NCBI GenBank assembly: GCA_043228905.1
Contig: JBHGNT010000026.1
Span: 372,001 to 436,000 of the forward strand
Reading direction: 5' to 3'
DNA from: Azolla caroliniana
Taxonomy: Eukaryota > Plantae > Polypodiophyta
Length of the DNA stretch: 64,000 nucleotides
The stretch's first letter is position 1. Every line of letters starts with the position of its first letter. The notes beneath the pieces are model-generated. The model was not told the origin of the DNA. It worked only from the letters and a program-made list of their open reading frames with translations, and did no database searches. Shown one piece after another: positions 39,671 through 55,500 of the stretch. Position numbers and translations under genes: made by a program.

Positions 39671-42600
39671 CATACCTAGCTCGTGTGATATCGAATTTTT
39701 GTGTACAAACATGCGAATCGAAGCTAAAAACGCTAGCTATGATATGGAATTAAAAAATCAAGATTTTGAAACTCAGGTCGAGAGACATGACGAAATTACC
39801 AAATTTGAGGAGGGAGTTGAGAGGGGCCCTTGAGTAAATTAATATGTTCATACCTAGCTCGTGTGATATCGGATTTTTGTGTTCAAACATGCGAATCGAA
39901 GCTAACAATGCTAGCTATGATATGGAATTAAAAAATCAAGATTTTGAAACTCAGGTCGAGAGACATGAAGAAATTACCAAATTTGAGGAGGGAGTTAAGA
40001 AGAGCTATTAGGTAAATTACAATGTTCATACCTGGCTCGTGTGATATCGGATTTTTGTGTTCAAACATTGGAATCGAAGCTAACAACGCTAGGTATGATA
40101 TAGAATTAAAAAATCAAGATTTTGAAACTCAGGTCGAGAGACATGACGAAATTACCAAATTTGAGGAGTGAGTTAAGAAGAGCTATTAGGTAAATTATAA
40201 TGTTCATACCTGGCTCGTGTGATATCGGATTTTTGTGTTCAAACATGCGAATCGAAGCTAATAACGCTAGCTATGATATGGAATTAAAAAATCAATATTT
40301 TGAAACTCAGGTCGAGAGACATGACGAAATTAGCAAATTTGAGGAGTGAGTTGAGATGAGCCCTTGAGTAAATTAAAATGTTCATACATAGCGAGTGTGA
40401 TATCGGATTTTTGTGTACAAACATGCGAATCGAAGCTAACAACGCTAGCTATGATATGGAATTAAAAAATCAAGATTTTGAAACTCAGGTCGAGAGACAT
40501 GACGAAATTACCAAATTTGAGGAGTGAGTTGAGAGGAGCCCTTGAGTAAATTATAATGTTCATACCTGGTTCGTGTGATATCGGATTTTTGTGTTCAAAC
40601 ATGCGAATCGAAGCTAATAACGCTAGCTATGATATGGAATTAAAAAATCAAGATTTTGCAACTCAAGTCAAGAGACATGAAGAAATTACCAAATTTGAGG
40701 AGTGAGGTTGGAAGAGCGCGTGAGTGAATTAAAATGTTCATACCTGGCTCGTGTGATATCGGATTTTTGTGTTCAAACATGCGAATCGAAGCTAACAACG
40801 CTAGCTATGATATGGAATAAAAAAATCAAGATTTTCAAACTCAGGTCGAGAGACATGACGAAATTACCAAATTTGAGGAGTGAGTTGAGAGGAGCCCTTG
40901 AGTAAATTAAAATGGTCATACCTAGCGAGTGTGATATCGGATTTTTGTGTACAAACATGCGAATCGAAGCTAACAACGCTAGCTATGATATGGAATTAAA
41001 AAATCAAGATTTTGAAACTCAGGTCGAGAGACATGACGAAATTACCAAATTTGAGGAGGGGGTTGAGAGGGGCCCTTGAGTAAATTAAAATGTTCATACC
41101 TAGCTCGTGTGATATCGGATTTTTGTGTTCAAACATGCGAATCGAAGCTAACAACGCTAGCTATGATATGGAGTAAAAAAAACAAGATTTTGAAACTCAG
41201 GTCGAGAGACATGACGAAATTACCAAATTTGAGGAGTGAGTTGAGAGGAGCCCTTGAGTAAATTAAAATGGTCATACCTAGCGAGTGTGATATCGGATTT
41301 TTGTGTACAAACATGCGAATCGAAGCTAACAACGCTAGCTATGATATGGAATTAAAAAATCAAGATTTTGAAACTTACGTCGAGAGATATGACGAAATTA
41401 GCAAATTTGAGGAGTGAGTTGAGAGGAGCCCTTGAGTAAATTAAAATGGTCATACCTAGCGAGTGTGATATCGGATTTTTGTGTTCAAACATGCGAATCT
41501 AAGCTAACAACGCTAGCTATGATATGGAATTAAAAAATCAAGATTTTGAAACTCAGGTCGAGAGACATGACGAAATTACCAAATTTGAGGAGCGAGTTAA
41601 GAAGAGCTATTAGGTACATTACAATGTTCATACCTGGCTCGTGTGATATCGGTTTTTTGTGTTCAAACATGCGAATCGAAGCTAACAATGCTAGCTATGA
41701 TATGGAATTAAAAAATCAAGATTTTGAAACTCAGGTCGAGAGACATGAAGAAATTACCAAATTTGAGGAGGGAGTTAAGAAGAGCTATTAGGTAAATTAC
41801 AATGTTCATACCTGGCTCGTGTGATATCGGATTTTTGTGTTCAAACATTGGAATCGAAGCTAACAACGCTAGGTATGATATAGAATTAAAAAATCAAGAT
41901 TTTGAAACTCAGGTCGAGAGACATGACGAAATTACCAAATTTGAGGAGTGAGTTAAGAAGAGCTATTAGGTAAATTATAATGTTCATACCTGGCTCGTGT
42001 GATATCGGATTTCTGTGTTTAAACATGCGAATCGAAGCTAATAACGCCAGCTATGATATGGAATTAAAAAATCAATATTTTGAAACTCAGGTCGAGAGAC
42101 ATGACGAAATTAGCAAATTTGAGGAGTGAGTTGAGATGAGCCCTTGAGTAAATTAAAATGTTCATACATAGCGAGTGTGATATCGGATTTTTGTGTACAA
42201 ACATGCGAATCGAAGCTAACAACGCTAGCTATGATATGGAATTAAAAAATCAAGATTTTGAAACTTACGTCGAGAGATATGACGAAATTAGCAAATTTGA
42301 GGAGTGAGTTGAGAGGAGCCCTTGAGTAAATTAAAATGGTCATACCTAGCGAGTGTGATATCGGATTTTTGTGTTCAAACATGCGAATCTAAGCTAACAA
42401 CGCTAGCTATGATATGGAATTAAAAAATCAAGATTTTGAAACTCAGGTCGAGAGACATGACGAAATTACCAAATTTGAGGAGCGAGTTAAGAAGAGCTAT
42501 TAGGTACATTACAATGTTCATACCTGGCTCGTGTGATATCGGTTTTTTGTGTTCAAACATGCGAATCGAAGCTAACAATGCTAGCTATGATATGGAATTA

Positions 42601-43459
42601 AAAAATCAAGATTTTGAAACTCAGGTCGAGAGACATGACGAAATTTCCAAATTTCAGGAGGGAGTTGAGAAGAGCTAGTAGGTAAATTATAATGTTCATA
42701 CCTGGTTCGTGTGATATCGGATTTTTTTTTTCAAACATTCGAATCGAAGCTAACAACGCTAGCTATGATATGGAATTACAAAATCAAGATTTTGAAACTC
42801 CAGTCGAGAGACATGATGAAATTACCAAATTTGAGGAGTGACGTTGGAAGAGCGCGTGAGTGAATTAAAATGTTCATACCTGGCTCGTGTGATATCGGAT
42901 TTTTGTGTTCAAACATGCAAATCGAAGCTAACAACGCTAGCTATGATATGGAATAAAAAAAACAAGATTTTGAAACTCGGGTCAAGAGACATGACGAAAT
43001 TAGCAAATTTGAGGAGTGAGTTGAGAGGAGCCCTTGAGTAAATTAAAATGTTCATACCTAGCGAGTGTGATATCGGCTTTTTGTGTACAAACATGCGAAT
43101 CGAAGCTAACAACGCTAGCTATGATATGGAATTAAAAAATCAAGACTTTGAAACTCAGGTCAAGAGACATGACGAAATTACTAAATTTGAGGAGGGAGTT
43201 GAGAGGAGCCCTTGAGTAAATTAAAATGGTCATACCTAGCGAGTGTGAGATCGGATTTTTGTGTACAAACATGCGAATCGAAGCTAACAACGCTAGCTAT
43301 GATATGGAATAAAAAAAACAAGATTTTGAAACTCAGGTCGAGAGACATGACGAAATTACCAAATTTGAGGAGTGAGTTGAGAGGAGCCCTTGAGTAAATT
43401 AAAATGTTCATACATAGCGAGTGTGATATCGGATTTTTGTGTAAAAACATGCGAATCGA

Positions 43460-46400
43460 AGCTAACAACGCTAGCTATGATATGGAATTAAAAAATCAAG
43501 ATTTTGAAACTCAGGTCGAGAGACATGACGAAATTACCAAATTTGAGGAGTGAGTTGAGAGGAGCCCTTGAGTAAATTATAATGTTCATACCTGGTTCGT
43601 GTGATATCGGATTTTTGTGTTCAAACATGCGAATCGAAGCTAATAACGCTAGCTATGATATGGAATTAAAAAATCAAGATTTTGCAACTCAAGTCAAGAG
43701 ACATGAAGAAATTACCAAATTTGAGGAGTGAGGTGGGAAGAGCGCGTGAGTGAATTAAAATGTTCATACCTGGCTCGTGTGATATCGGATTTTTGTGTTC
43801 AAACATGCGAATCGAAGCTAACAACGCTAGCTATGATATGGAATAAAAAAAACAAGATTTTCAAACTCAGGTCAAGAGACATGACGAAATTAGCAAATTT
43901 GAGGAGTGAGTTGAGAGGAGCCCTTGAGTAAATTAAAATGTTCATACCTAGCGAGTGTGATATCGGCTTTTTGTGTACAAACATGCGAATCGAAGCTAAC
44001 AACGCTAGCTATGATATGGAATTAAAAAATCAAGACTTTGAAACTTACGTCGAGAGATATGACGAAATTAGCAAATTTGAGGAGTGAGTTGAGAGGAGCC
44101 CTTGAGTAAATTAAAATGGTCATACCTAGCGAGTGTGATATCGGATTTTTGTGTACAAACATGCGAATCGAAGCTAACAACGCTAGCTATGATATGGAAT
44201 TACAAAATGAAGATTTTGAAACTCAGGTCGAGAGACATGACGAAATTACCAAATTTGAGGAGGGAGTTGAGAGGGGCCCTTGAGTAAATTAAAATGTTCA
44301 TACCTAGCGAGTGTGATATCGGATTTTTGTGTTCAAACATGCGAATCGAAGCTAACAATGCTAGCTATGATATGGAATTAAAAAATCAAGATTTTGAAAC
44401 TCAGGTCGAGAGATATGACGAAATTTCCAAATTTCAGGAGGGAGTTGAGAAGAGCTAGTAGGTAAATTATAATGTTCATACCTGGTTCGTGTGATATCGG
44501 ATTTTTGTGTTCAAACATGCGAATCGAAGCTAATAACGCTAGCTATGATATGGAATTAAAAAATCAAGATTTTGAAACTCAAGTCAAGAGACATGACGAA
44601 ATTACCAAATTTGAGGAGTGAGTTGAGAGGAGCCCTTGAGTAAATTAAAATGGTCATACCTAGCGAGTGTGATATCGGATTTTTGTGTACAAACATGCGA
44701 ATCGAAGCTAACAACGCTAGCTATGATATGGAATTAAAAAATCAAGATTTTGAAACTTACGTCGAGAGATATGACGAAATTAGCAAATTTGAGGAGTGAG
44801 TTGAGATGAGCCCTTGAGTAAATTAAAATGGTCATACCTAGCGAGTGTGATATCAGATTTTTGTGTTCAAACATGCGAATCTAAGCTAACAACGCTAGCT
44901 ATGATATGGAATTAAAAAATCAAGATTTTGAAACTTACGTCGAGAGATATGACGAAATTAGCAAATTTGAGGAGTGAGTTGAGATGAGCCCTTGAGTAAA
45001 TTAAAATGGTCATACCTAGCGAGTGTGATATCAGATTTTTGTGTTCAAACATGCGAATCTAAGCTAACAACGCTAGCTATGATATGGAATTAAAAAATCA
45101 AGATTTTGAAACTCAGGTCGAGAGACATGACGAAATTACCAAATTTGAGGAGCGAGTTAAGAAGAGCTATTAGGTACATTACAATGTTCATACCTGGCTC
45201 GTGTGATATCGGTTTTTTGTGTTCAAACATGCGAATCGAAGCTAACAATGCTAGCTATGATATGGAATTAAATAATCAAGATTTTGAAACTCAGGTCGAG
45301 AGACATGAAGAAATTACCAAATTTGAGGAGGGAGTTAAGAAGAGCTATTAGGTAAATTACAATGTTCATACCTGGCTCGTGTGATATCGGATTTTTGTGT
45401 TCAAACATTGGAATCGAAGCTAACAACGCTAGGTATGATATAGAATTAAAAAATCAAGATTTTGAAACTCAGGTCGAGAGACATGACGAAATTACCAAAT
45501 TTGAGGAGGGAGTTAAGAAGAGCTATTAGGTAAATTACAATGTTCATACCTGGCTCGTGTGATATCGGATTTTTGTGTTCAAACATTGGAATCGAAGCTA
45601 ACAACGCTAGCTATGATATGGAATTAAAAAATCAAGATTTTGAAACTCAGGTCGAGAGACATGACGAAATTACCAAATTTGAGGAGTGAGTTGAGAGGAG
45701 CCCTTGGGTAAATTATAATGTTCATACCTGGTTCGTGTGATATCGGATTTTTGTGTTCAAACATGCGAATCGAAGCTAATAACGCTAGCTATGATATGGA
45801 ATTAAAAAATCAAGATTTTGCAACTCAAGTCAAGAGACATGAAGAAATTACCAAATTTGAGGAGTGAGGTTGGAAGAGCGCGTGAGTGAATTAAAATGTT
45901 CATACCTGGCTCGTGTGATATCGGATTTTTGTGTTCAAACATGCGAATCGAAGCTAACAACGCTAGCTATGATATGGAATAAAAAAAACAAGATTTTCAA
46001 ACTCAGGTCAAGAGACATGACGAAATTAGCAAATTTGAGGAGTGAGTTGAGAGGAGCCCTTGAGTAAATTAAAATGTTCATACCTAGCGAGTGTGATATC
46101 GGCTTTTTGTGTACAAACATGCGAATCGAAGCTAACAACGCTAGCTATGATATGGAATTAAAAAATCAAGACTTTGAAACTTACGTCGAGAGATATGACG
46201 AAATTAGCAAATTTGAGGAGTGAGTTGAGAGGAGCCCTTGAGTAAATTAAAATGGTCATACCTAGCGAGTGTGATATCGGATTTTTGTGTACAAACATGC
46301 GAATCGAAGCTAACAACGCTAGCTATGATATGGAATTACAAAATGAAGATTTTGAAACTCAGGTCGAGAGACATGACGAAATTACCAAATTTGAGGTGGG

Positions 46401-47460
46401 AGTTGAGAGGGGCCCTTGAGTAAATTAAAATGTTCATACCTAGCGAGTGTGATATCGGATTTTTGTGTTCAAACATGCGAATCGAAGCTAACAATGCTAG
46501 CTATGATATGGAATTAAAAAATCAAGATTTTGAAACTCAGGTCGAGAGATATGACGAAATTTCCAAATTTCAGGAGGGAGTTGAGAAGAGCTAGTAGGTA
46601 AATTATAATGTTCATACCTGGTTCGTGTGATATCGGATTTTTGTGTTCAAACATGCGAATCGAAGCTAATAACGCTAGCTATGATATGGAATTAAAAAAT
46701 CAAGATTTTGAAACTCAAGTCAAGAGACATGACGAAATTACCAAATTTGAGGAGTGAGTTGAGAGGAGCCCTTGAGTAAATTAAAATGGTCATACCTAGC
46801 GAGTGTGATATCGGATTTTTGTGTACAAACATGCGAATCGAAGCTAACAACGCTAGCTATGATATGGAATTAAAAAATCAAGATTTTGAAACTTACGTCG
46901 AGAGATATGACGAAATTAGCAAATTTGAGGAGTGAGTTGAGATGAGCCCTTGAGTAAATTAAAATGGTCATACCTAGCGAGTGTGATATCAGATTTTTGT
47001 GTTCAAACATGCGAATCTAAGCTAACAACGCTAGCTATGATATGGAATTAAAAAATCAAGATTTTGAAACTCAGGTCGAGAGACATGACGAAATTACCAA
47101 ATTTGAGGAGCGAGTTAAGAAGAGCTATTAGGTACATTACAATGTTCATACCTGGCTCGTGTGATATCGGTTTTTTGTGTTCAAACATGCGAATCGAAGC
47201 TAACAATGCTAGCTATGATATGGAATTAAATAATCAAGATTTTGAAACTCAGGTCGAGAGACATGAAGAAATTACCAAATTTGAGGAGGGAGTTAAGAAG
47301 AGCTATTAGGTAAATTACAATGTTCATACCTGGCTCGTGTGATATCGGATTTTTGTGTTCAAACATTGGAATCGAAGCTAACAACGCTAGGTATGATATA
47401 GAATTAAAAAATCAAGATTTTGAAACTCAGGTCGAGAGACATGACGAAATTACCAAATTT
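43460..47460. repeat. 11/12-monomer tandem duplication containing a single-monomer copy-number difference
   Basis: ORF offsets 43728 to 45864 and 44102 to 46238 equal 2136 (12x178), but 45106 to 47064 equals 1958 (11x178). The monomer carrying GATATCAGATTT is doubled at about 44855/45033 and single at about 46991. Confidence 0.87.
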
Positions 47461-49510
47461 GAGGAGTGAGTTAAGAAGAGCTATTAGGTAAATTATAATG
47501 TTCATACCTGGCTCGTGTGATATCGGATTTCTGTGTTTAAACATGCGAATCGAAGCTAATAACGCTAGCTATGATATGGAATTAAAAAATCAATATTTTG
47601 AAACTCAGGTCGAGAGACATGACGAAATTAGCAAATTTGAGGAGTGAGTTGAGATGAGCCCTTGAGTAAATTAAAATGTTCATACATAGCGAGTGTGATA
47701 TCGGATTTTTGTGTACAAACATGCGAATCGAAGCTAACAACGCTAGCTATGATATGGAATAAAAAAATCAAGATTTTCAAACTCAGGTCGAGAGACATGA
47801 CGAAATTACCAAATTTGAGGAGTGAGTTGAGAGGAGCCCTTGAGTAAATTAAAATGGTCATACCTAGCGAGTGTGATATCGGATTTTTGTGTTCAAACAT
47901 GCGAATCTAAGCTAACAACGCTAGCTATGATATGGAATTAAAAAATCAAGATTTTGAAACTCAGGTCGAGAGACATGACGAAATTACCAAATTTGAGGAG
48001 CGAGTTAAGAAGAGCTATTAGGTACATTACAATGTTCATACCTGGCTCGTGTGATATCGGTTTTTTGTGTTCAAACATGCGAATCGAAGCTAACAATGCT
48101 AGCTATGATATGGAATTAAAAAATCAAGATTTTGAAACTCAGGTCGAGAGACATGACGAAATTTCCAAATTTCAGGAGGGAGTTGAGAAGAGCTAGTAGG
48201 TAAATTATAATGTTCATACCTGGTTCGTGTGATATCGGATTTTTTTGTTCAAACATTCGAATCGAAGCTAACAACGCTAGCTATGATATGGAATTACAAA
48301 ATCAAGATTTTGAAACTCCAGTCGAGAGACATGATGAAATTACCAAATTTGAGGAGTGACGTTGGAAGAGCGCGTGAGTGAATTAAAATGTTCATACCTG
48401 GCTCGTGTGATATCGGATTTTTGTGTTCAAACATGCAAATCGAAGCTAACAACGCTAGCTATGATATGGAATAAAAAAAACAAGATTTTGAAACTCAGGT
48501 CAAGAGACATGACGAAATTAGCAAATTTGAGGAGTGAGTTGAGAGGAGCCCTTGAGTAAATTAAAATGTTCATACCTAGCGAGTGTGATATCGGCTTTTT
48601 GTGTACAAACATGCGAATCGAAGCTAACAACGCTAGCTATGATATGGAATTAAAAAATCAAGACTTTGAAACTCAGGTCAAGAGACATGACGAAATTACT
48701 AAATTTGAGGAGGGAGTTGAGAGGAGCCCTTGAGTAAATTAAAATGGTCATACCTAGCGAGTGTGATATCGGATTTTTGTGTACAAACATGCGAATCGAA
48801 GCTAACAACGCTAGCTATGATATGGAATAAAAAAAACAAGATTTTGAAACTCAGGTCGAGAGACATGACGAAATTACCAAATTTGAGGAGTGAGTTGAGA
48901 GGAGCCCTTGAGTAAATTAAAATGTTCATACATAGGGAGTGTGATATCGGATTTTTGTGTACAAACATGCGAATCGAAGCTAACAACGCTAGCTATGATA
49001 TGGAATTAAAAAATCAAGATTTTGAAACTCAGGTCGAGAGACATGACGAAATTACCAAATTTGAGGAGTGAGTTGAGAGGAGCCCTTGAGTAAATTATAA
49101 TGTTCATACCTGGTTCGTGTGATATCGGATTTTTGTGTTCAGACATGCGAATCGAAGCTAATAACGCTAGCTATGATATGGAATTAAAAAATCAAGATTT
49201 TGCAACTCAAGTCAAGAGACATGACGAAATTACCAAATTTGAGGAGTGAGTTGAGAGCAGCCCTTGAGTAAATTAAAATGGTCATACCTAGCGAGTGTGA
49301 TATCGGATTTTTGTGTACAAACATGCGAATCGAAGCTAACAACGCTAGCTATGATATGGAATTAAAAAATCAAGATTTTGAAACTTACGTCGAGAGATAT
49401 GACGAAATTAGCAAATTTGAGGAGTGAGTTGAGATGAGCCCTTGAGTAAATTAAAATGGTCATACCTAGCGAGTGTGATATCGGATTTTTGTGTTCAAAC
49501 ATGCGAATCT

Positions 49511-52500
49511 AAGCTAACAACGCTAGCTATGATATGGAATTAAAAAATCAAGATTTTGAAACTCAGGTCGAGAGACATGACGAAATTACCAAATTTGAGG
49601 AGCGAGTTAAGAAGAGCTATTAGGTACATTACAATGTTCATACCTGGCTCGTGTGATATCGGTTTTTTGTGTTCAAACATGCGAATCGAAGCTAACAATG
49701 CTAGCTATGATATGGAATTAAAAAATCAAGATTTTGAAACTCAGGTCGAGAGACATGAAGAAATTACCAAATTTGAGGAGGGAGTTAAGAAGAGCTATTA
49801 GGTAAATTACAATGTTCATACCTGGCTCGTGTGATATCGGATTTTTGTGTTCAAACATTGGAATCGAAGCTAACAACGCTAGGTATGATATAGAATTAAA
49901 AAATCAAGATTTTGAAACTCAGGTCGAGAGACATGACGAAATTACCAAATTTGAGGAGTGAGTTAAGAAGAGCTATTAGGTAAATTATAATGTTCATACC
50001 TGGCTCGTGTGATATCGGATTTCTGTGTTTAAACATGCGAATCGAAGCTAATAACGCTAGCTATGATATGGAATTAAAAAATCAATATTTTGAAACTCAG
50101 GTCGAGAGACATGACGAAATTAGCAAATTTGAGGAGTGAGTTGAGATGAGCCCTTGAGTAAATTAAAATGTTCATACATAGCGAGTGTGATATCGGATTT
50201 TTGTGTACAAACATGCGAATCGAAGCTAACAACGCTAGCTATGATATGGAATTAAAAAATCAAGATTTTGAAACTTACGTCGAGAGATATGACGAAATTC
50301 GCAAATTTGAGGAGTGAGTTGAGAGGAGCCCTTGAGTAAATTAAAATGGTCATACCTAGCGAGTGTGATATCGGATTTTTGTGTTCAAACATGCGAATCT
50401 AAGCTAACAACGCTAGCTATGATATGGAATTAAAAAATCAAGATTTTGAAACTCAGGTCGAGAGACATGACGAAATTACCAAATTTGAGGAGCGAGTTAA
50501 GAAGAGCTATTAGGTACATTACAATGTTCATACCTGGCTCGTGTGATATCGGTTTTTTGTGTTCAAACATGCGAATCGAAGCTAACAATGCTAGCTATGA
50601 TATGGAATTAAAAAATCAAGATTTTGAAACTCAGGTCGAGAGACATGACGAAATTTCCAAATTTCAGGAGGGAGTTGAGAAGAGCTAGTAGGTAAATTAT
50701 AATGTTCATACCTGGTTCGTGTGATATCGGATTTTTTTGTTCAAACATTCGAATCGAAGCTAACAACGCTAGCTATGATATGGAATTACAAAATCAAGAT
50801 TTTGAAACTCCAGTCGAGAGACATGATGAAATTACCAAATTTGAGGAGTGACGTTGGAAGAGCGCGTGAGTGAATTAAAATGTTCATACCTGGCTCGTGT
50901 GATATCGGATTTTTGTGTTCAAACATGCAAATCGAAGCTAACAACGCTAGCTATGATATGGAATAAAAAAAACAAGATTTTGAAACTCAGGTCAAGAGAC
51001 ATGACGAAATTAGCAAATTTGAGGAGTGAGTTGAGAGGAGCCCTTGAGTAAATTAAAATGTTCATACCTAGCGAGTGTGATATCGGCTTTTTGTGTACAA
51101 ACATGCGAATCGAAGCTAACAACGCTAGCTATGATATGGAATTAAAAAATCAAGACTTTGAAACTCAGGTCAAGAGACATGACGAAATTACTAAATTTGA
51201 GGAGGGAGTTGAGAGGGGCCCTTGAGTAAATTAAAATGGTCATACCTAGCGAGTGTGATATCGGATTTTTGTGTTCAAACATGCGAATCGAAGCTAACAA
51301 CGCTAGCTACGACATGGAATAAAAAAAAACAAGATTTTGAAACTCAGGTCAAGAGACATGACGAAATTAGCAAATTTGAGGAGTGAGTTGAGAGGAGCCC
51401 TTGAGTAAATTAAAATGTTCATACATAGCGAGTGTGATATCGGATTTTTGTGTACAAACATGCGAATCGAAGCTAACAACGCTAGCTATGATATGGAATT
51501 AAAAAATCAAGATTTTGAAACTCAGGTCGAGAGACATGACGAAATTACCAAATTTGAGGAGGGGGTTGAGAGGGGCCCTTGAGTAAATTAAAATGTTCAT
51601 ACCTAGCTCGTGTGATATCGGATTTTTGTGTTCAAACATGCGAATCGAAGCTAACAACGCTAGCTATGATATGGAATAAAAAAAACAAGATTTTGAAACT
51701 CAGGTCGAGAGACATGACGAAATTACCAAATTTGAGGAGTGAGTTGAGAGGAGCCCTTGAGTAAATTAAAATGGTCATACCTAGCGAGTGTGATATCGGA
51801 TTTTTGTGTACAAACATGCGAATCGAAGCTAACAACGCTAGCTATGATATGGAATTACAAAATCAAGATTTTGAAACTCAGGTCGAGAGACATGACGAAA
51901 TTACCAAATTTGAGGAGGGAGTTGAGAGGGGCCCTTGAGTAAATTATAATGTTCATACCTAGCGAGTGTGATATCGGATTTTTGTGTTCAAACATGCGAA
52001 TCGAAGCTAACAATGCTAGCTATGATATGGAATTAAAAAATCAAGATTTTGAAACTCAGGTCGAGAGACATGACGAAATTTCCAAATTTCAGGAGGGAGT
52101 TGAGAAGAGCTAGTAGGTAAATTATAATGTTCATACCTGGTTCGTGTGATATCGGATTTTTGTGTTCAAACATGCGAATCGAAGCTAATAACGCTAGCTA
52201 TGATATGGAATTAAAAAATCAGGATTTTGCAACTCAAGTCGAGAGACATGAAGAAATTACCAAATTTGAGGAGTGAGGTTGGAAGAGCGCGTGAGTGAAT
52301 TAAAATGTTCATACCTGGCTCGTGTGATATCGGATTTTTGTGTTCAAACATGCGAATCGAAGCTAACAACGCTAGCTATCATATGGAATAAAAAAAACAA
52401 GATTTTAAAACTCAGGTCAAGAGACATGACGAAATTAGCAAATTTGAGGAGTGAGTTGAGAGGAGCCCTTGAGTAAATTAAAATGTTCATACCTAGCGAG

Positions 52501-55500
52501 TGTGATATCGGCTTTTTGTGTACAAACATGCGAATCGAAGCTAACAACGCTAGCTATGATATGGAATTAAAAAATCAAGACTTTGAAACTTACGTCGAGA
52601 GATATGACGAAATTAGCAAATTTGAGGAGTGAGTTGAGAGGAGCCCTTGAGTAAATTAAAATGGTCATACCTAGCGAGTGTGATATCGGATTTTTGTGTA
52701 CAAACATGCGAATCGAAGCTAACAACGCTAGCTATGATATGGAATTAAAAAATCAAGATTTTGAAACTCAGGTCGAGAGACATGACGAAATTACCAAATT
52801 TGAGGAGCGAGTTAAGAAGAGCTATTAGGTACATTACAATGTTCATACCTGGCTCGTGTGATATCGGTTTTTTGTGTTCAAACATGCGAATCGAAGCTAA
52901 CAATGCTAGCTATGATATGGAATTAAAAAATCAAGATTTTGAAACTCAGGTCGAGAGACATGAAGAAATTACCAAATTTGAGGAGGGAGTTAAGAAGAGC
53001 TATTAGGTAAATTACAATGTTCATACCTGGCTCGTGTGATATCGGATTTTTGTGTTCAAACATTGGAATCGAAGCTAACAACGCTAGGTATGATATAGAA
53101 TTAAAAAATCAAGATTTTGAAACTCAGGTCGAGAGACATGACGAAATTACCAAATTTGAGGAGTGAGTTAAGAAGAGCTATTAGGTAAATTATAATGTTC
53201 ATACCTGGCTCGTGTGATATCGGATTTCTGTGTTTAAACATGCGAATCGAAGCTAATAACGCTAGCTATGATATGGAATTAAAAAATCAATATTTTGAAA
53301 CTCAGGTCGAGAGACATGACGAAATTAGCAAATTTGAGGAGTGAGTTGAGATGAGCCCTTGAGTAAATTAAAATGTTCATACATAGCGAGTGTGATATCG
53401 GATTTTTGTGTACAAACATGCGAATCGAAGCTAACAACGCTAGCTATGATATGGAATTAAAAAATCAAGATTTTGAAACTTACGTCGAGAGATATGACGA
53501 AATTCGCAAATTTGAGGAGTGAGTTGAGAGGAGCCCTTGAGTAAATTAAAATGGTCATACCTAGCGAGTGTGATATCGGATTTTTGTGTTCAAACATGCG
53601 AATCTAAGCTAACAACGCTAGCTATGATATGGAATTAAAAAATCAAGATTTTGAAACTCAGGTCGAGAGACATGACGAAATTACCAAATTTGAGGAGCGA
53701 GTTAAGAAGAGCTATTAGGTACATTACAATGTTCATACCTGGCTCGTGTGATATCGGTTTTTTGTGTTCAAACATGCGAATCGAAGCTAACAATGCTAGC
53801 TATGATATGGAATTAAAAAATCAAGATTTTGAAACTCAGGTCGAGAGACATGACGAAATTTCCAAATTTCAGGAGGGAGTTGAGAAGAGCTAGTAGGTAA
53901 ATTATAATGTTCATACCTGGTTCGTGTGATATCGGATTTTTTTGTTCAAACATTCGAATCGAAGCTAACAACGCTAGCTATGATATGGAATTACAAAATC
54001 AAGATTTTGAAACTCCAGTCGAGAGACATGATGAAATTACCAAATTTGAGGAGTGACGTTGGAAGAGCGCGTGAGTGAATTAAAATGTTCATACCTGGCT
54101 CGTGTGATATCGGATTTTTGTGTTCAAACATGCAAATCGAAGCTAACAACGCTAGCTATGATATGGAATAAAAAAAACAAGATTTTGAAACTCAGGTCAA
54201 GAGACATGACGAAATTAGCAAATTTGAGGAGTGAGTTGAGAGGAGCCCTTGAGTAAATTAAAATGTTCATACCTAGCGAGTGTGATATCGGCTTTTTGTG
54301 TACAAACATGCGAATCGAAGCTAACAACGCTAGCTATGATATGGAATTAAAAAATCAAGACTTTGAAACTCAGGTCAAGAGACATGACGAAATTACTAAA
54401 TTTGAGGAGGGAGTTGAGAGGGGCCCTTGAGTAAATTAAAATGGTCATACCTAGCGAGTGTGATATCGGATTTTTGTGTTCAAACATGCGAATCGAAGCT
54501 AACAACGCTAGCTACGACATGGAATAAAAAAAAACAAGATTTTGAAACTCAGGTCAAGAGACATGACGAAATTAGCAAATTTGAGGAGTGAGTTGAGAGG
54601 AGCCCTTGAGTAAATTAAAATGTTCATACATAGCGAGTGTGATATCGGATTTTTGTGTACAAACATGCGAATCGAAGCTAACAACGCTAGCTATGATATG
54701 GAATTAAAAAATCAAGATTTTGAAACTCAGGTCGAGAGACATGACGAAATTACCAAATTTGAGGAGGGGGTTGAGAGGGGCCCTTGAGTAAATTAAAATG
54801 TTCATACCTAGCTCGTGTGATATCGGATTTTTGTGTTCAAACATGCGAATCGAAGCTAACAACGCTAGCTATGATATGGAATAAAAAAAACAAGATTTTG
54901 AAACTCAGGTCGAGAGACATGACGAAATTACCAAATTTGAGGAGTGAGTTGAGAGGAGCCCTTGAGTAAATTAAAATGGTCATACCTAGCGAGTGTGATA
55001 TCGGATTTTTGTGTACAAACATGCGAATCGAAGCTAACAACGCTAGCTATGATATGGAATTACAAAATCAAGATTTTGAAACTCAGGTCGAGAGACATGA
55101 CGAAATTACCAAATTTGAGGAGGGAGTTGAGAGGGGCCCTTGAGTAAATTATAATGTTCATACCTAGCGAGTGTGATATCGGATTTTTGTGTTCAAACAT
55201 GCGAATCGAAGCTAACAATGCTAGCTATGATATGGAATTAAAAAATCAAGATTTTGAAACTCAGGTCGAGAGACATGACGAAATTTCCAAATTTCAGGAG
55301 GGAGTTGAGAAGAGCTAGTAGGTAAATTATAATGTTCATACCTGGTTCGTGTGATATCGGATTTTTGTGTTCAAACATGCGAATCGAAGCTAATAACGCT
55401 AGCTATGATATGGAATTAAAAAATCAGGATTTTGCAACTCAAGTCGAGAGACATGAAGAAATTACCAAATTTGAGGAGTGAGGTTGGAAGAGCGCGTGAG

